Part shown: piece after piece, positions 31,292-39,059 of the stretch | Numbering within the stretch: position 1 is the first letter of the stretch | Layout of the letters: each line of letters opens with the position of its first letter | Origin: Patescibacteria group bacterium | GTDB taxonomy: Bacteria > Patescibacteriota > Patescibacteriia > Magasanikbacterales > JBBTQS01 | Direction of reading: 5' to 3' | Assembly: GCA_038065555.1 (NCBI GenBank) | Contig: JBBTQS010000001.1 | Span: 192,741 to 256,740, forward strand | DNA: 64,000 bases | Translations under genes and position numbers: made by a program | Notes under the pieces: model-generated | Database searches by the model: none | The model's input: the letters and a program-made list of their open reading frames with translations, nothing else | Told to the model about the DNA's origin: nothing

Positions 31292-31645
31292 TTACTTCTT
31301 TTTCTTGAATCGCACGGAGAACTTGGGCTCGTAGGTATTCTCGTACTCGTCCTTGAGCTCTACTGTCTCACCTTTGGTGTACTGCGTGATAGCAATATCC
31401 GTGAGTAACTCCGCATCAGTCTTGGTATCAAGAGCGAGCGACTCAATTTGCTCGAACTCTTTTCCGAAGTCTTCCATCGTTGCGTTCTCAATCTGCTTTT
31501 TCTTTGCACGCAAATTTGCGATCTTCTCGTTGATGTCTTCGTACTCTTTGTTGCTATGGAGTGCTTCCTTGTACATGGAGACGAGCTGTCGGCGCTTCTT
31601 CGTTGCTCCTTGCATCCGGTCAAAAACTTCTTGTAACTGTGGCAT
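31292..31645 (-). CDS. Hypothetical charged coiled-coil protein
   Basis: 117 aa, K/E-rich, ends in KKKK. Confidence 0.35.
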   Translation of the reverse strand: MPQLQEVFDRMQGATKKRRQLVSMYKEALHSNKEYEDINEKIANLRAKKKQIENATMEDFGKEFEQIESLALDTKTDAELLTDIAITQYTKGETVELKDEYENTYEPKFSVRFKKKK

Positions 31646-31678
31646 AGTAGTGATCTAAAACAAAGAAGTGGCTTGCGC

Positions 31679-31750
31679 CTACTTCTTTGTTGCTGCCTTT
31701 GGCTTCTTCTTATTTTTGTTCTTCTCACGCGCGTTGTTACCTTTGGCCAT
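31679..31750 (-). CDS. Candidate micro-ORF encoding a 23-aa poly-basic peptide (MAKGNNAREKNKNKKKPKAATKK)
   Basis: ATG 23 nt downstream of the GTGTGGTATACT promoter element; could be a leader peptide or spurious. Confidence 0.2.
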   Translation of the reverse strand: MAKGNNAREKNKNKKKPKAATKK

Positions 31751-31774
31751 AAAGATGTGATTACGTTGTGAACA

Positions 31775-31786
31775 GTATACCACACT
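31775..31786 (-). promoter_or_regulatory. Extended -10 promoter element GTGTGGTATACT (copy 1)
   Basis: Exact 12-mer also present upstream of pilM (62432..62443); TGnTATACT resembles the extended -10 consensus; coordinates approximate. Confidence 0.45.
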
Positions 31787-31799
31787 GCGGGCAAGATTT

Positions 31800-32216
31800 T
31801 CACCCCCCTTTAGTCACCCATCCCAACCGCTCCAACAACTCATAGAATCCGTGAATGAGATCCGGCAATGCGTAGCACTCCTCTGGCGTAACCCATGCGT
31901 ACTCAATATGCTCTTCGGGGTTGAGTACCACGTCAATTGGCGCCGCAAGCTGAATCCTGAATGCAGGAAAGTGGAGGATGAACTCCTGAACATCAAATAC
32001 AAATTCACCCAATGACTCCAACTGTTCTTCGATTGCTTGGTAGCCAGTTTCTTCTTGAATTTCACGTAACACTGCTTTGACATCGGACTCACCAGGAACA
32101 ACTTTGCCAGATGCAAGGCACCACGTCCTTGGCTGATCCTTCGCAGGATTCCGGCGCAAAATCAAAAACCTGCCTTGATACGTGAGAAAGCAACCAACCG
32201 TACGAACCGTCTTCAT
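31800..32216 (-). CDS. NUDIX hydrolase
   Basis: Start at ATG (MKTVRTVGCF); Nudix box GKVVPGESDVKAVLREIQEETG. Confidence 0.7.
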   Translation of the reverse strand: MKTVRTVGCFLTYQGRFLILRRNPAKDQPRTWCLASGKVVPGESDVKAVLREIQEETGYQAIEEQLESLGEFVFDVQEFILHFPAFRIQLAAPIDVVLNPEEHIEYAWVTPEECYALPDLIHGFYELLERLGWVTKGG

Positions 32217-32217
32217 A

Positions 32218-32847
32218 CTATTTGTACAACGTACGCAATGCTTCTTTCTGTGCCTTCCCAAACTGTTTGTCCACGGACACGACAGCATACCCGCGCGACA
32301 CAGCTTCCTTTGCTGTCGTTGCACTGTAGTGCGCAACCATCTTTCCAACACACTCGAATGTCACACCTTTCTTGTCCACCAACTTCAACCAATCATTCGG
32401 GCCTGAGTGTACACTGACATCACGGACGAATTGCGCTACATCATGCTTTACGAGGAAGACAGCACGAATATGTTTTGCGCCAAATTTCTTTTGTAGTTTT
32501 TCTACAGTCGTTGGTTCGATGTGATAGCCTTCGATACAATAGTCCACACCATCTTGCAGCGAGCATTCGACAAGCATGCTGATTGCCGCGAATGTCGCGC
32601 GCGCCTGTGTGCGTAGCAGTGCTACAATCTTCACCGACGACAGCTGGTCATAGAACTGTGCATGCGAGAGCTTGCGACGCGCAACGGAATACGGATGTGT
32701 TCTATTCCACGTGCTCTGGGACATGTACTCCCCTGCAATAGTCTCAAGTGTGTCACACGAAATCCACGGAACTCGATGCGTACGTGAGAAGGTTTGTGCC
32801 AGGATTGTTTTACCAACGCGTGGTGGGCCTCCAATAAGATAGATCAT
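32218..32847 (-). CDS. P-loop NTPase / small-molecule kinase-like protein
   Basis: 209 aa; Walker A GGPPRVGKT at N-terminus; kinase-like fold suggested, substrate unknown. Confidence 0.5.
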   Translation of the reverse strand: MIYLIGGPPRVGKTILAQTFSRTHRVPWISCDTLETIAGEYMSQSTWNRTHPYSVARRKLSHAQFYDQLSSVKIVALLRTQARATFAAISMLVECSLQDGVDYCIEGYHIEPTTVEKLQKKFGAKHIRAVFLVKHDVAQFVRDVSVHSGPNDWLKLVDKKGVTFECVGKMVAHYSATTAKEAVSRGYAVVSVDKQFGKAQKEALRTLYK

Positions 32848-32849
32848 AC

Positions 32850-33860
32850 CTACACCGTAAAATCTCCATTCTCGAAAATTACGCGGTCATCCACGGTAAT
32901 ACGCTTGATATCGACAAAAATGTCGATGTGATAGCGGCCTTTTTTGCGATGCATGTTTTCCTTCTTGTAGATCGTGTGCTTGGCGCCGAGGGATAGATGC
33001 AATCCTTTTTGACGTTCAAATGCAGTGATGTCACTCACGAGCGCGTGCTTGCCCATGCCACGCGAAAGTCCGAGACCGAATTCACGCACATACACTTCCT
33101 CGTCAGACTTGATGAGCTCGAGAATATGTTGGAATTCCGCTGGAGCCTCAGGTGCCGTCATGATACCGTCAGTAACTTGCACGAGAAACGGTTCTACAAT
33201 TCTCACACGGTGATCATCCCCTGCATAGCCGAAGATCCGGGCAGTTCCATTCACTTTGGTGAGGTCCTTGGGTTCGCTGAACACTTCGCCGATTGGGAAC
33301 GTGCCTCCCTTGTTCTTCATCTTCGTGTAATCACCGATGTTGAGCTTGCTATCCTCCATTGGGCTCTTGTACTCCAACCGAGTGTCTTCACATTCCACGA
33401 CAATCTCTTGTGCAGGGTCGAGTATCGCCTTGAGCGCATGCCCCCGTCGATGGTAATACTCCTTGTCGTATGACAGCGCCTCGATGTATCGCGCCCACTG
33501 GTCCTCAGGAATACGAGTCAAATGCACATGCTCAATATTCTTGAGCCCACGCGCAAAGAGCTCAATGCGCAATCGAAATTCGTTGAGACGAAAATTCGTA
33601 GACTGCACGAGCACAATCAAGTCCCCTTGTGTCCGCGCATTGAGAGCCTCTCGCACTTGTTCTGGCGTAACCGTTGCGAAATCGACGAACGTCGCAGTTG
33701 GCGCAGCAATGCGATACGCATCAACCATAATTTGCGCGAGTCCTGCTTGCGTATCATAAATCACCAGAATGTGCTCCGTTGGCTGCATGAGCAACGCGTC
33801 CTGGAGAATATCTGCAAGGTGTTTTGCGGCAGCAGCAACAAGTTCTGGATGGGTGCTCAT
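32850..33860 (-). CDS. M29-family aminopeptidase (AmpS/aminopeptidase T-like)
   Basis: 336 aa; GGTFPIGEVFSEP matches the M29 N-I-P-x-GE-x-F-x-AP signature; overall length/organisation of leucyl aminopeptidase T. Confidence 0.55.
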   Translation of the reverse strand: MSTHPELVAAAAKHLADILQDALLMQPTEHILVIYDTQAGLAQIMVDAYRIAAPTATFVDFATVTPEQVREALNARTQGDLIVLVQSTNFRLNEFRLRIELFARGLKNIEHVHLTRIPEDQWARYIEALSYDKEYYHRRGHALKAILDPAQEIVVECEDTRLEYKSPMEDSKLNIGDYTKMKNKGGTFPIGEVFSEPKDLTKVNGTARIFGYAGDDHRVRIVEPFLVQVTDGIMTAPEAPAEFQHILELIKSDEEVYVREFGLGLSRGMGKHALVSDITAFERQKGLHLSLGAKHTIYKKENMHRKKGRYHIDIFVDIKRITVDDRVIFENGDFTV

Positions 33861-33937
33861 ACAATGTCTTTATGTACTGCAAAGAGTGCCACATTGGAGC
33901 AGATTTGGCCAGTGGCACTCGATGCGCGTTGACGCAC

Positions 33938-34690
33938 TTACTTCTTTGCCGAATCGCCTCTCATCCCCTCGAAAGCACGCAGTACCTCAAGCGGAACAGC
34001 AAAGACCACAGTGTTGCTCTTGTCCGAGCTGATATCGTTGATTGAATTGAGTGTACGCAGATGCAACGCGCCTGGGGATCCTGCAAGCATTGCTGCTGCG
34101 CGACTCAAATTCTCCGCAGCCAATACTTCACCGCTGCTTTCGATGATCACCGCGCGCTTTTGACGTTCTGCTTCTGCTTGTTTGGCAATGACGCGCTGCA
34201 TTTCTTCAGGGAGGAGAATGTCTTTGAGCTCCACAGACCCTACTTCGATCCCCCAGCTTGTTGCTGTTGCATAGACGTGTGTCTTGATTCGCTCTGCAGC
34301 CACTTCGCGCTTTGCGAGCAACTCGTCGAGCTCCAACTCACCAATCACATTGCGCATGGTTGTCTGCGCCAACTGCATCATTGCGTTCCAGAAGTTCTCC
34401 ACTTCAAGTACCGCCTTGCTCGCATCATTGAGACGATAATAAATCACGGCATTCACCTTTGCCGACACATTATCTTTCGTAATCGCATCCTGATATGGCA
34501 CATCGACCGCCTTCACACGCATGTCCACTTTGCGCATGCTCTGGAAAATCGGAATAATGATGCGCCATCCTGGCTCAACCACACGAGTGAATCGTCCCAT
34601 CGTGAACTTCACACCACGCTCATACTGATCAACCTGACGAATGCTCGCAAGCAATACGATCACGATGATACCGAGAATAATCCACGTCAT
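33938..34690 (-). CDS. SPFH/band 7 (stomatin/prohibitin-like) membrane protein
   Basis: 250 aa; N-terminal TM, SPFH core (DVPYQDAITKDNV...), C-terminal coiled coil AERQKRA. Confidence 0.8.
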   Translation of the reverse strand: MTWIILGIIVIVLLASIRQVDQYERGVKFTMGRFTRVVEPGWRIIIPIFQSMRKVDMRVKAVDVPYQDAITKDNVSAKVNAVIYYRLNDASKAVLEVENFWNAMMQLAQTTMRNVIGELELDELLAKREVAAERIKTHVYATATSWGIEVGSVELKDILLPEEMQRVIAKQAEAERQKRAVIIESSGEVLAAENLSRAAAMLAGSPGALHLRTLNSINDISSDKSNTVVFAVPLEVLRAFEGMRGDSAKK

Positions 34691-34700
34691 ATACGATTAA

Positions 34701-35573
34701 TTACGGTTGAAAAAGCTCCTCAGGCATGAACCGAACGGATTGCACTGTCGGAAATTGCATTGCAGTGCCCGCGATCTGCTGCCATAACACTCCAACACGA
34801 CACGCACCTCCTATTGTTTTGTTCTGCGGGTCAGTGAATGAGAGCGTTGCTACACCATCAGTAATGGTAGCGCTCGACAATGCAAAACCAGCAAGTGGAA
34901 ACTCAGTCGTAATTCCCTGCTTCTTCTCTGCATCAGTTAGCTTCCCTTGTAACAGCAACTCAATAGCATTCTTGAGCGGCGTTGGTGACTTGGGAATCGT
35001 GCGCGTAACTGCAACAAGTCCTTTGGCGCTGCACTGCACGCCACCTGGGCCCTGATCCATCGCTGGGTTGTAGTAGAACAGTTTGACTGACGTGGAATTA
35101 CTCGCATCTGGAGTACTTGTGACAGCAAATCGAATCGGAATGCGCAACGCATTATCGTGCTCTGGAAGTCCAGATGGATTGTCCTTCTCCAACACGAGTG
35201 TTCCCGTCTCAGTTGTCGATGTAGCAAATGGAAGCGTCAATGAGAATGGAACAAACGATGTTGTCATCCAATCACTCTGCGCAGTCGCTGGAGCAACTGC
35301 CAACTCGTTCCCATGTGCATCGAGAATTCTCACAGGGAAGGAGGCTTCGAAATACCAATTACCACGCGCCTTACCAGTAATCATCAATGGGCTCGTGACT
35401 ACCGCGTTGATCACTGGCGCATCCACAACAATCAAATCATCCAATCCACTTGGCGTTGTCGTCACAACCTGTCCTGGCTGCTGTTCTCGAGGCTCGACTA
35501 CGAACCACGATACCAACGCCGCTCCAATCAACACCACGAGTACTCCTGCCACTATGAGTGGAGTTCTGTTCAT
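34701..35573 (-). CDS. Membrane-anchored Gmad2 Ig-like + GerMN domain protein
   Basis: 290 aa; N-terminal TM; Ig-like domain (VTSPLMITGKARGNWYFEASFPVRILD), C-terminal GerMN-like region. Confidence 0.55.
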   Translation of the reverse strand: MNRTPLIVAGVLVVLIGAALVSWFVVEPREQQPGQVVTTTPSGLDDLIVVDAPVINAVVTSPLMITGKARGNWYFEASFPVRILDAHGNELAVAPATAQSDWMTTSFVPFSLTLPFATSTTETGTLVLEKDNPSGLPEHDNALRIPIRFAVTSTPDASNSTSVKLFYYNPAMDQGPGGVQCSAKGLVAVTRTIPKSPTPLKNAIELLLQGKLTDAEKKQGITTEFPLAGFALSSATITDGVATLSFTDPQNKTIGGACRVGVLWQQIAGTAMQFPTVQSVRFMPEELFQP

Positions 35574-35634
35574 ACGAATAAGTATTACAGAGACTAATAC
35601 ATCTACTCTAGCAGAATACAGGAAATAAGGAACC

Positions 35635-36000
35635 TTATACCTCGACCTTGAATCCGCCGTACGTGAGACGCTTCATATCAAAAGGCATGTCGATTTTCTC
35701 TTTGCTGTACTTTTTATCGAAGTGCGCCATGACTTTTTTGTTCACAGCGTCGCGATGCGCGCGCGACTTGAACGTGATGAAGGAGAACCAGACTGTCTCC
35801 CCCTCCTTGAGCTTCGTCAATTTGGAAAAATCCGATGGACCTCTACCTGGCGTAATATCGTCGCCAATACACTCCTTGTAATCAAGCGCGCCGAATTTCA
35901 ACCATGCAGCTCTGCCTTCGCGTGCCATTTTCTTGTACGCTTCAACGTTCTTTGCTGGAATCACAATGACGAAACCGTCGACGTATTTTCCTTTTGTCAT
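35635..36000 (-). CDS. DUF1428-family protein
   Basis: 121 aa; YVDGFVIVIPAKNVEAYKKMA...GALDYKECIGDD matches the DUF1428 N-terminal signature. Confidence 0.65.
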   Translation of the reverse strand: MTKGKYVDGFVIVIPAKNVEAYKKMAREGRAAWLKFGALDYKECIGDDITPGRGPSDFSKLTKLKEGETVWFSFITFKSRAHRDAVNKKVMAHFDKKYSKEKIDMPFDMKRLTYGGFKVEV

Positions 36001-36006
36001 ACAGAT

Positions 36007-36333
36007 TTACTTTGTTAATTTATTATTCTTTTTTGCTCGTCTCTCGAGGATACCGCGCACTGATGGACTTACCGCCTTATCCGTACGATGAATGCATCCA
36101 ATCCAACAACATGGGCGGCGCTTCCCTTTCTTGAGGTCCTCGACAAGACGGTCGATGTGCTCCTTTCTTGTTTCGACTTTCTTCACGGACGTGACCCAAC
36201 AAATCCACTCGTTACGCGCGAGGGGTGTGAGGTTCTCCCATACTGCATGCACGATCCGATCGGCAGCAAGAGCCTCGCGAATATCAGATGTCGCAGCATG
36301 TGCGGTTCCGTTGGAAATTTTTTGTTTGTCCAT
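36007..36333 (-). CDS. YdeI/OmdA-family protein
   Basis: 108 aa; WENLTPLARNEWICWV..K..ETRKEHIDRLVEDL matches the YdeI/OmpD-associated domain. Confidence 0.6.
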   Translation of the reverse strand: MDKQKISNGTAHAATSDIREALAADRIVHAVWENLTPLARNEWICWVTSVKKVETRKEHIDRLVEDLKKGKRRPCCWIGCIHRTDKAVSPSVRGILERRAKKNNKLTK

Positions 36334-36393
36334 ACGTTAACTTTCATCTTAGCAAATGGCGGTTTGTGAGGATAGCGAAGTCACAAATAGGTA

Positions 36394-37035
36394 CTACTCC
36401 TCACCAACATTAATCTGTGTCGCAGACAACTCCCAGAGATAATAGTACTCCCTGACCTTGTGTTCTCCCCACGGATTGATGCGCAACCTATGGGAAACAG
36501 TTCGTTCATTTGCATCCCAGATAATTGGCATCATCGCACGATACATTCTGCCCCACTCTATCGTTGCCAACCTTCTGTCGCCATGCTGCCAATGCGCATC
36601 TTCGGTATTATTTTTCCACCAGAACTGATGCAGCGGCTTGGGCAACTCGAAGACCACGAGAAAATTTTCAGGCTTCACCAATTCGTACCCCAATGGATCA
36701 AGGAGCGAATTACCCTCGACACTATCGTATAGGTCATACACTGGCAGCTCCATTCGATGTTCCTTGAGGTACTCACGAATCCGCGGTGACACGGCGGGAT
36801 CACTCAACAGTATGTCCATTGCGTCACTCCATTTTTGGAGCGTCTCAAGCGTCTCATCTTGCCACAGCTCAACACACGCACGCTGTGTAGGCTCGAGAGA
36901 ATCCAAATCTACATGCATGCGAATTGACTTCGCAAGATATTCGCGCTGCGCTTCTGCCTCCGACTGCTCCCACGTTGTCGTGTCGTGGACGTCACTGGGG
37001 TTGCGAAATCTCTCTGGATTGTGATGCTTGGGCAT
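36394..37035 (-). CDS. Hypothetical protein (Trp/His-rich, no known family recognised)
   Basis: 213 aa. Confidence 0.4.
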   Translation of the reverse strand: MPKHHNPERFRNPSDVHDTTTWEQSEAEAQREYLAKSIRMHVDLDSLEPTQRACVELWQDETLETLQKWSDAMDILLSDPAVSPRIREYLKEHRMELPVYDLYDSVEGNSLLDPLGYELVKPENFLVVFELPKPLHQFWWKNNTEDAHWQHGDRRLATIEWGRMYRAMMPIIWDANERTVSHRLRINPWGEHKVREYYYLWELSATQINVGEE

Positions 37036-37336
37036 AGCACAATTATGGCAATGTTCCGACAGGATAATTTGATCATCTATTACTGTACCATTATTCTGTT
37101 TTGAAAACAGCAGACATCAACACATTATTTTGCTCGCCCAGCTGTCCACAGCAAACGTTTGACTTTGATATCATCCATGCTAAAGTCTACTTGTCGCTTC
37201 CGAAACTAGCGTAGGTGAGGTATACGCTAATAGGTCCGGAAGCGATTACTGAGTGGGCACTTCTCAGGATTCACCTCAGTCCTGAGCCTACTCGTCGAGC
37301 CTCGGCCACAAGCCTTGGCTCTTCTTTTTATTACAA

Positions 37337-37360
37337 TAGGAAAAGCACCAACGACGAATC
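37337..37360 (-). terminator. Rho-independent terminator of the small membrane-protein gene
   Basis: Perfect 10 bp hairpin GCACCAACGA-CGAAT-CGTTGGTGC followed on the minus strand by TTTTCCTATTGTAATAAAAA; coordinates approximate. Confidence 0.55.
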
Positions 37361-37391
37361 GTTGGTGCCTGTTGAGAGGATCTCTCTCCCG

Positions 37392-37703
37392 TCACATGAA
37401 GAGGTGCACGATCCACCCGAAGAAAAGTGTGATCAGCGGCTTCAGAACAGCCTCCAAGACCATCTTCAGAATGCGCGCGCTGTTGCTCATCTCCTCTTTC
37501 TTGCAGCGGTGCGCATGGTAGGTTAGAAGGTGCACCACCATGGTGAAGCCGATTGCAGGAATGATGTCGAGGGAGGGCACGCCGAAGGTCGGGACAAAGA
37601 ACCACGACCACAGCATGCTCAGAGCGAAGCCATTGAAGATGGAGCCGATGAACGCCAGAATCCAAACGCCGACGTATTCAACGACAACAGAGAACATGGT
37701 CAT
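37392..37703 (-). CDS. Hypothetical small membrane protein (3 TM)
   Basis: 103 aa. Confidence 0.4.
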   Translation of the reverse strand: MTMFSVVVEYVGVWILAFIGSIFNGFALSMLWSWFFVPTFGVPSLDIIPAIGFTMVVHLLTYHAHRCKKEEMSNSARILKMVLEAVLKPLITLFFGWIVHLFM

Positions 37704-38005
37704 TTGCTATCTCCGCAAGATATTGTGTTATCACGATTCTCTCGTGGTGGACTACTGGATACTACTTCCAATAGTCGTCTAACCTAGCACAATTTGGTGT
37801 GAATGTCAAGAGTTGACCACTCAAATTTGCTTGCTCCACATAGTGGACGACATTAAAACTTATTTTATCACTTCAAATATCTACTTTCATGTCCCCAACC
37901 TTCAGAAAGCCAGCGAGTGATTCACAATTTAGAAAGTTTTGCTACGGTTTCCCATACTAAGTTACTATATTTCAGTGTGCACCGATAGCAGTTTTCATAT
38001 CAAAA

Positions 38006-38038
38006 TTAATGCCCTTAATTAAGTTTTAAGGGCATTAA
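38006..38038 (-). terminator. 13 bp perfect hairpin terminator whose upstream arm overlaps the last codons/stop of the island gene
   Basis: TTAATGCCCTTAA-N7-TTAAGGGCATTAA; on minus strand followed by TTTTGATATG; coordinates approximate. Confidence 0.5.
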
Positions 38039-39059
38039 AGATGTCCATAAATTTAACGTTACCGCTTTTTAGTAGTTCCTCCTGTTTCTCCACATCCTCT
38101 ACCTTAAAGAGATTTTCCATTGTAACCGTAACACTGAGATTCAACGGTGGACGATTTAACACCTCGTTTAACTTATTGATGAGGTGGCTACGAACCGCCG
38201 CTTCTACCTTTTTCTGTTTCAAAAAACGAAGTATTTGATAATACTCGGTAATGTACTTATTGGAACGTGAGCGCTGATTCCAACCAAAATCCTTCGTCAG
38301 TCTCGCAATTTCCAAAAACTTCGCCTTTTCAAACTCACTTTGGTCAAACCCAACATTTTCATTCACTTTCATTGCGTCCATCTGGAATTGCGGTATCAAC
38401 TCTTTACTAAGCTGATACAGACGTTTTAGAAGATAAAATGCCTTACGTCGGCCACCGTAGCCCTTCGGCATATCAATTCGGAGAATCTTTTCCGCAGGAA
38501 TTTTTATTATTTGAACGCGTGTATGTGACTCTCTAGCCTCCCACCAATGGACTAGCTGGTAGTAATTCTTGCCTAGGCGGTAAAGGTAGTAAGGTTGAAG
38601 ATGTTCAAACTCAAAACTCTCAATTTCACCCGCGTCATTTTTCTTATAAATTATCTCGTAAAATGCTACTCCGTCAGAAAAAAGAGAATGTGCGGCTAAC
38701 CTGACAAACTCACAGATTGCATCTTCAAGAAAATATGTGTGGTCTCTTTGAGAAATACCACTGGCAATCATTCGCTTTTTTGGAGTTGAAACCGCTGGCT
38801 CAATACGTGCTGGATACTTTTCTCTTTCACCGCGATAAATCATAAAAGGCATAATGCCTGTATACATATCCTCTACAAACATATGTGAATCCCCGTGATC
38901 GGGATATACTTTCCTGCGATACCGTCCTGTTATCCGAGCGGACAGTTGGTTACTGTCGCGTGGGCGTAAATACCACGGTTGCACCCAATGATTCAGAAAA
39001 AGCGGGTCTTTCAAAAAAGACCCGAGGAACTCTTTTCCTTTCTTAATATAGTTATTCAT
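38019..39059 (-). CDS. Island gene B: hypothetical soluble protein (about 346 aa from first ATG), no detectable family
   Basis: First ATG at 39059 (MNNYIKKGKEF) with AGGAAA SD; the ORF-track upstream extension begins with a TTG. Overlaps gene A stop by 8 nt (ATGAATAA). AT-rich codon usage distinct from flanking genes. Confidence 0.55.
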   Translation of the reverse strand: MNNYIKKGKEFLGSFLKDPLFLNHWVQPWYLRPRDSNQLSARITGRYRRKVYPDHGDSHMFVEDMYTGIMPFMIYRGEREKYPARIEPAVSTPKKRMIASGISQRDHTYFLEDAICEFVRLAAHSLFSDGVAFYEIIYKKNDAGEIESFEFEHLQPYYLYRLGKNYYQLVHWWEARESHTRVQIIKIPAEKILRIDMPKGYGGRRKAFYLLKRLYQLSKELIPQFQMDAMKVNENVGFDQSEFEKAKFLEIARLTKDFGWNQRSRSNKYITEYYQILRFLKQKKVEAAVRSHLINKLNEVLNRPPLNLSVTVTMENLFKVEDVEKQEELLKSGNVKFMDIFNALKT

